The notes beneath the pieces were generated by a model. The model did no database searches, had not been told where the DNA came from, and saw nothing but the letters and a program-made list of their open reading frames with translations. Shown here in pieces: positions 58,586 through 64,000 of a stretch of 64,000 nt of DNA. The stretch covers positions 75,134 through 139,133 of the forward strand of contig CALUOQ010000006.1 in the NCBI GenBank assembly GCA_944322325.1, in the 5' to 3' direction. Numbering within the stretch: the first letter of the stretch is position 1; each line of letters starts with the position of its first letter. Origin of the DNA: an uncultured Alloprevotella sp. (GTDB taxonomy: Bacteria; Bacteroidota; Bacteroidia; Bacteroidales; Bacteroidaceae). Position numbers and translations under genes: made by a program.

Positions 58586-61500
58586 GTGTCAATGAACCGA
58601 ATCATAGTCTCGTTGCTGCGCCGCGTGTGGCTGGCCGTCCTCGTTTGGCCGCTGGCTGCGCGGGGTGGCGACTTCGTCGACCTGCGGCCGGCCGACTACC
58701 CCGTGGGCGACGCGCTGCCCCGCTACACGACGGTCGTCCCGCTGGGGCGCGACTACGCAGCGGGCGGCTACACCGTGCGGGCTGACTATCCCGAATATGC
58801 CCCGCTGACCCCGGCGGAAACCAGACGCCTGCGCCGCGCAGGCATCACCCTGCCCGACACGCTGGAGGTCACCACGCGCCTCGGCGTCAGCCGCAAGGAA
58901 GGGCAGCTCGACGTGACGGTGCTGCCTTTCGTCGTGCGCGACGGACGGCCCATGCGCCTCGTGTCGTTCAAGCTGGCGGTCGAGCCGCGCAGCGCCGACC
59001 GCGCCCGCGCCCGGCGCACAGTCAGGTCCGCCGCCGACCGATGGGCAGACAGCTCGGTGCTGGCCGAAGGACGCTGGGTCAAGATTCGCGTCAGCGAGGA
59101 GGGTATTTACCAGCTCTCCGACGCCCAACTGTCGCAGATGGGCTTCGACCGCCCTGACCGCGTCCGCCTCTACGGTTACGGCGGCCGACCGCAACCCGAG
59201 ACGTTCGACTTCAGCTCGGCCGACTGCCCCCCCGACGACCTCGAGGAGGTGCCCCTCTACCGCCGCGAGGGCTCGCTCCTGTTCTTCGCCGAGGGCACGC
59301 AGCGCTGGACGCTGAGTGCGGGCCGCTGGACGCACACGAACAATCCCTACTCGGCCTATTCCTACTACTTCCTGACCGAGGGCGAGGCGACACCCGCCAC
59401 CCTACCGACACTCGACGCCCCCGCCAACAGCGGACAGACCGTTGCGCGCGTCACGGCCCATGCCGTCGTGGACAACGACGCCTACAGCTGGTTTCCCGGC
59501 GGCCGGCGCTTTTACGACAGCTACGACTTCGCGCAAGGCAACAGCCGCACGTTCAACGTCGCCACGCCGGGCGTCGTCGAAGGCGAGCAGGCCCGCGTAG
59601 CCGTACGCTTCTCCGCGCACTCGTCGACGGGCAGCGTGACCGTAGGCGTGGCGCTGGGCAACGCGACTGTCGGCACGCTCAACATCGCGCGCTCCGACGA
59701 ATCGGACCTAGCCCGCGAGACCGAATCGACTTTCACGACGACGGCACTCCGCGAGAGTAACGCCTTCCGCCTTACCACACCGACGGGCGTCCCGGCCCGC
59801 CTGGACTACATCCGCATCAGCTACGAACGGCAACTGACCGCCGGGAGCACGCCCCTTGTCTTTACGACCGCCACGTCGGGGCCGGTTACCTTCGAAATCA
59901 GCAACGCCGACACCCGGACGCGCGTATGGCGGATCGGGCAGGCCGGCGACCCCGTGGCCGAAGTGGCTGCGACGCTCGACGGCACCACGCTGCGCGCCCC
60001 CGTCAACCGGGGCGACCGGCGCTACGTGGTGTTCGACGCAACGGCCACCTACCCCGCCCCCACCGTCGTGGGCACCGTCGAGAACCAGAACCTCCACGCC
60101 GACCGCGACGTGGATATGGTGATCATCGTCCCGGCCAGCGGCACGCTGACGCAACCCGCCGAACGCCTCGCCGAAGCCCACCGCAGCGCACAGGGACTCA
60201 CCGTCAGGGTGGTCCGGGCCGACCAGATTTTCAACGAGTTCTCCTCCGGCACCCCCGACGCCAACGCCTATCGCCGCTACCTCAAGCTGCTGTACGACAG
60301 CAGCAGCGAGGGCCGCGAGCCGCGCTACCTGCTGCTCTTCGGCGACTGCTTGTGGGACAACCGCATGGTGACGCCGGAAAACCGGGGGAAGAACCCCGAC
60401 GACTACCTGCTGGCCTACGAGAGCGAAAACTCACTGAGCGAAATCGACTGCTACGTGACCGACGACTTCTTCGGTATGCTCGACGACGGCGAAGGCGCCA
60501 ACCTCCGAACGGAGAAAATGGACGTGGCCATCGGACGCTTCCCCTGCACCACCGAAAGCGACGCCCAGACACTCGTCAGCAAGGCTATCGCCTACCTGAA
60601 CAACGAGGCGGCAGGCCCGTGGCAGAACTTGCTCTACTTCCTGGCCGACGACGGCGACGGCAACCTGCACATGGAGGGCGCAAAGCGCGCCATGGACGCC
60701 ATCAGCGGACAGGCGGACGACTACGTCATACAGCCCGTGTTCTGGGACGCCTATCCCCGCGAGGTCACGTCGACGAGCCGCAGTTATCCCCAAGTCGAAG
60801 AACTGCTCCACACCGCCATGGCCGACGGCGCCTTAGTGATGAACTATACGGGGCACGGAGACCCGAACCGCGTGTCGCACGAAAATGTGCTCACCTTGGA
60901 GGATTTCCGGACGAACCGCACGACGGGACTGCCGCTCTGGGTGATGGCCTCGTGCGAGGTAACGCCCTACGACAACGGCGAGGACAACATGGGCCGCGCC
61001 GGCATACTCAATCCCGCCGGGGGCGGTATCGCGTTCATCTGCGCCTCCCGCACGGTCTACGCCAACCGCAACGAGGAACTCAACATGGCCCTTATGCCCG
61101 AACTCCTGGCACGCACGGCCGACGGACGGCAGCAGACCATGGGCGAAGCGCTGATGCACGCAAAAAACGCACTGGTCGAGTCGGGCGCGGACCAGACCTC
61201 GAACCGCATCAAGTACGCCCTGACGGGCGACCCCGCCCTGCCGCTCGCCACGCCGAGCGAGGGCATCGTCGTGGACAGTATCGACGGACGCCCCCTCGCT
61301 GACGGCGAAAAACTGACCTGGGCGGCGGGCAGCACGGTGCGCCTGAGCGGCCGCGTCGTGACCGACGGAGCCACGCCCATCGACGACTTCCGCGGCGTGG
61401 TCAGCGCCACCGTGTTCGACCGCGCCGAGACCGTGACGTGCCGCAACAACGACGGGTCGGCCGACGAGCCGTACGTGTTCACCCAGCGCAATAAGGTGAT

Positions 61501-62347
61501 TTTCGAAGGCAGCGACAGCGTGCGCAGCGGCCGATTCAGCCTCAAGTTCCAGGTACCGATGGACATCAGCTACTCCACCGACAACGGCCGCGTCGCCCTC
61601 TATGCCGTCAACGACAGCCACTCGCTCACCGCACACGGCGCCAACGAGCAGTTCTGCCTCGACGGTACGGCGCCGGGCCTCGTCGACGACACCGAGGGCC
61701 CCGACGTTTACGTCTACCTCAACCGGCCTGATTTCCCCGACGGCGGTCTAGTGGGCCCGACCCCTGTCTTTTTCGCCGAAATCACCGACTCGAGCGGCGT
61801 CAACACCACCGGCAACGGCGTGGGCCACGACTTGGAACTCAGCCTCAGCGGTACGGCCACCGGAAACTACGTGCTGAACAACTACTTCGCCTACGACTTG
61901 GGCAGCAGCACCCGCGGACGCGTCAGCTACGCCTTGCCCGAACTCGAGGAGGGCAGCTATCGCTTGCAGTTCCGCGCGTGGGACATCATGAACAACCCCA
62001 CGACCGTCAGCCTCAACTTCACGGTGGTGCGCGACCTGGCTCCGCAGCTTTCGGTCAGCGCCACCGACAACCCCGCGCGCACCTCGACGTCGTTCGTACT
62101 GACCTACGACCGGCCGGGCACGGCGGGCACGTTTACGGTCGAAGTGTTCGACCTCACGGGCCGCCGCCTGTGGACGCAGACCGCACAGACCACCTCGTCG
62201 ACCGGCAGTGTGACCATACCGTGGGACCTGACCGACACGGGCGGCGCGCCGATGAACGGCGGCGTCTACCTGTTCCGCGCGCGCCTCACCGCGGACGGCG
62301 CGACGACCGAAACGAAAGCCCAGAAAATGATTATCCTCAAACAATAA
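58586..62347 (+). CDS. porU: Type IX secretion system sortase PorU (C25-like peptidase)
   Basis: 1253 aa with a signal peptide. 'VDMVIIVPASGTLTQPAERLAEAHRSAQGLTVRVVRADQIFNEFSSGTPDANAYRRYLKLLYD' matches the gingipain/C25-like core of PorU. It is immediately followed by porV. The C-terminal beta-sandwich ends 'GVYLFRARL'. Confidence 0.85.
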   Translation: MSMNRIIVSLLRRVWLAVLVWPLAARGGDFVDLRPADYPVGDALPRYTTVVPLGRDYAAGGYTVRADYPEYAPLTPAETRRLRRAGITLPDTLEVTTRLGVSRKEGQLDVTVLPFVVRDGRPMRLVSFKLAVEPRSADRARARRTVRSAADRWADSSVLAEGRWVKIRVSEEGIYQLSDAQLSQMGFDRPDRVRLYGYGGRPQPETFDFSSADCPPDDLEEVPLYRREGSLLFFAEGTQRWTLSAGRWTHTNNPYSAYSYYFLTEGEATPATLPTLDAPANSGQTVARVTAHAVVDNDAYSWFPGGRRFYDSYDFAQGNSRTFNVATPGVVEGEQARVAVRFSAHSSTGSVTVGVALGNATVGTLNIARSDESDLARETESTFTTTALRESNAFRLTTPTGVPARLDYIRISYERQLTAGSTPLVFTTATSGPVTFEISNADTRTRVWRIGQAGDPVAEVAATLDGTTLRAPVNRGDRRYVVFDATATYPAPTVVGTVENQNLHADRDVDMVIIVPASGTLTQPAERLAEAHRSAQGLTVRVVRADQIFNEFSSGTPDANAYRRYLKLLYDSSSEGREPRYLLLFGDCLWDNRMVTPENRGKNPDDYLLAYESENSLSEIDCYVTDDFFGMLDDGEGANLRTEKMDVAIGRFPCTTESDAQTLVSKAIAYLNNEAAGPWQNLLYFLADDGDGNLHMEGAKRAMDAISGQADDYVIQPVFWDAYPREVTSTSRSYPQVEELLHTAMADGALVMNYTGHGDPNRVSHENVLTLEDFRTNRTTGLPLWVMASCEVTPYDNGEDNMGRAGILNPAGGGIAFICASRTVYANRNEELNMALMPELLARTADGRQQTMGEALMHAKNALVESGADQTSNRIKYALTGDPALPLATPSEGIVVDSIDGRPLADGEKLTWAAGSTVRLSGRVVTDGATPIDDFRGVVSATVFDRAETVTCRNNDGSADEPYVFTQRNKVIFEGSDSVRSGRFSLKFQVPMDISYSTDNGRVALYAVNDSHSLTAHGANEQFCLDGTAPGLVDDTEGPDVYVYLNRPDFPDGGLVGPTPVFFAEITDSSGVNTTGNGVGHDLELSLSGTATGNYVLNNYFAYDLGSSTRGRVSYALPELEEGSYRLQFRAWDIMNNPTTVSLNFTVVRDLAPQLSVSATDNPARTSTSFVLTYDRPGTAGTFTVEVFDLTGRRLWTQTAQTTSSTGSVTIPWDLTDTGGAPMNGGVYLFRARLTADGATTETKAQKMIILKQ

Positions 62348-62375
62348 AAACCGCCCCCGCGAGTTTATTAAGAGT

Positions 62376-63539
62376 ATGAAAGCAATTCGTGAAATCGCCC
62401 TGACCCTAGCCGGAGCCACCGTAGCGCTCAGCGCCGTCGCCGACGATAAGGAGGAGATGTTCAATCCGATTGTCACTTCCGTCATTTCGCAAAGCATCGC
62501 CCCCGACGCGCGGGCCGGCGGCCTCGGTGATGTCGGCGCGGCCACCGACCCCGACGTCAACTCCCAAGCCTGGAACCCGGCCAAGTATCCCTTTTGCATC
62601 AGCCGCGCCGGCGTGTCCATCGACTATACCCCCTGGCTCCGCTCCATCGTCAATGACATCGACCTGGCCTACCTTGTGGGCTACTATCGCCTCGGCGACT
62701 ATCAGGCCCTCAGCGCTTCAGTGCGCTACTTCTCCCTCGGTTCCGTCATGACCGACGACCCGAACATGACGGTCAAGCCCTATGAGATGGCCTTCGACGT
62801 TGCTTACTCGCGCATGCTGAGTGAGCGCTTCTCGGCCGCCGTCGCGCTGCGCTACATGTACTCCGACATGAGCGGACACTACGACGACCAGGTGACGGCC
62901 GGTTCGGCTTTTGCCGCCGACATCGCCTGTTACTACAACAACTACGTCATGATGGGCAACCGGGAGTGCCAGATTGCCTTCGGTGTAAACCTGAGCAACA
63001 TAGGCAGCAAGATCAATTACGGCGAGGACTACTCCTATTTTATCCCGACCAACCTTCGCATCGGCCTGAACTACATGATTCCGCTCAACGAGTACAACCG
63101 TATCTCCTTCTGCGCCGACATCAACAAACTGCTGGTGCCCTCGAAACCTCTACAGGAGGACAACGAGACCGACGAGGACTTCCAGGACCGCGTACAGCAG
63201 GAGTACTACGACGTATCGTCGATATCGGGCATATTCAAGAGCTTCGGCGATTCACCCAACGGCTTCAAGGGCGAACTGGAGGAAGTGCAGTGGAGCGTCG
63301 GCGCCGAATATACGTACAACGACAAGTTCACTGTGCGCGCCGGCTACCACCACGAGAGCGAGAGCCAAGGCAACCGCAAATACTTCACCTTTGGCGCGGG
63401 TTTCCGCATGAGCGTTTTCTCGATCGACGCGGGCTACGTGTGGTCCACGGCGGCGAGCAACCCGCTCGACCAGACGCTCCGCGTTTCCCTGGCGTTTGAC
63501 TTCGACGGCATCCGCGACCTGTTCCGCGGCCGTCGCTAA
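62376..63539 (+). CDS. porV: Type IX secretion system outer-membrane protein PorV (LptO)
   Basis: 387 aa. Has the N-terminal 'SIAPDARAGGLGDVGAATDPDVNSQAWNPAKYPF' PorV signature and a FadL-like barrel. Confidence 0.85.
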   Translation: MKAIREIALTLAGATVALSAVADDKEEMFNPIVTSVISQSIAPDARAGGLGDVGAATDPDVNSQAWNPAKYPFCISRAGVSIDYTPWLRSIVNDIDLAYLVGYYRLGDYQALSASVRYFSLGSVMTDDPNMTVKPYEMAFDVAYSRMLSERFSAAVALRYMYSDMSGHYDDQVTAGSAFAADIACYYNNYVMMGNRECQIAFGVNLSNIGSKINYGEDYSYFIPTNLRIGLNYMIPLNEYNRISFCADINKLLVPSKPLQEDNETDEDFQDRVQQEYYDVSSISGIFKSFGDSPNGFKGELEEVQWSVGAEYTYNDKFTVRAGYHHESESQGNRKYFTFGAGFRMSVFSIDAGYVWSTAASNPLDQTLRVSLAFDFDGIRDLFRGRR

Positions 63540-63566
63540 GCTGTCGTAACCCTAAAAGCAACGACC

Positions 63567-64000
63567 ATGAACATCAGAGTAGGCTTCGGAATAGACGTGC
63601 ACCGGCTCGTGCCGGGCCGCGCCCTGTGGCTCGGCGGCATCCGCCTGGAACACGAAACGGGACTGCTCGGCCACAGCGACGCCGACGTCCTCATCCACGC
63701 CATCTGCGACGCGCTGCTCGGCGCCGCCGCGCTGCGCGACATCGGCTACCACTTCCCCGACACGGGCGCCGAGTTCGAAAACATCGACAGCAAAGTACTG
63801 CTGCGCCGGACCGTTGCCCTGCTGGCCGACCACGGCTACGCGGTGGGCAACATCGACGCCACCGTCTGCGCCGAGCGCCCCAAGCTGAACCCGCACATCG
63901 AGCGGATGCGCGCCTGCCTGGCCGAGTGCATCGGCATCGGCGTCGACGACGTGTCGGTCAAGGCCACAACCACCGAACGCCTCGGTTACACCGGGCGCGA
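63567..64000 (+). CDS. ispF: 2-C-methyl-D-erythritol 2,4-cyclodiphosphate synthase (3' end outside window)
   Basis: Hand translation from ATG 63567 gives MNIRVGFGIDVHRLVPGRALWLGGIRLEHETGLLGHSDADVLIHAICDALLGAAALRDIGYHFPDT..., which contains the IspF Zn-site and signature motifs. The ORF runs off the window. Confidence 0.9.
   Translation, partial: MNIRVGFGIDVHRLVPGRALWLGGIRLEHETGLLGHSDADVLIHAICDALLGAAALRDIGYHFPDTGAEFENIDSKVLLRRTVALLADHGYAVGNIDATVCAERPKLNPHIERMRACLAECIGIGVDDVSVKATTTERLGYTGR

Overview
This is a chromosomal window from a GC-rich genome (by eye about 60% G+C, not computed) that looks Bacteroidales-like. The taxon call rests on an adjacent T9SS porU-porV pair, a PPi-dependent phosphofructokinase, a long-form purF, and TAnnTTTG '-7' promoter boxes in front of most operons. 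I can support about 45 protein genes and one tRNA-Lys(CTT). I found no rRNA, CRISPR array, transposase, integrase or phage genes.

Most of the window is housekeeping:
- Core genes: gdhA, uvrB, pfp, mutL, guaB, aspS, carA, carB, purF, malQ and ispF (partial at the window edge).
- Envelope genes: two parvulin/SurA-like PPIases, an OstA-like protein, two OmpA-family proteins, two GH25 muramidases, and an ECF sigma module.
- Glycan enzymes: a GH29-CBM32-GH29 double fucosidase, a GH97 and a GH77.

The one clearly accessory locus lies at about 48.8-57.0 kb. An AraC regulator is transcribed divergently from a tightly packed cassette. The cassette encodes an 800-aa tandem glycosyltransferase with LanC-like C-terminal repeats, then a radical SAM/SPASM peptide maturase, then an 83-aa precursor-like peptide. 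The maturase reading frame is broken near 53.17 kb. The peptide has a Gly-Gly leader and a C-X4-C-X3-C-X3-C-X3-C core. A hairpin and a large outer-membrane beta-barrel protein follow. I read this as a RiPP-type peptide-modification system whose gene combination I do not recognise as a described class.

Intergenic DNA is unusually repeat-rich:
- Nine copies of a 'TACAAGTACTACGATAG' palindromic element.
- Four tandem 107-nt GC-rich hairpins with a 169-bp period, interrupted by one copy of the first family.
- A 'PIGPI'-coding hairpin.
- CAATTGACA-rich elements flanking aspS.
- A two-paralog module bracketed by 96-nt direct repeats exactly 2600 bp apart.

The many long antisense ORFs in the track are GC-composition artefacts. 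All calls come from reading the sequence and ORF translations. No searches were run.
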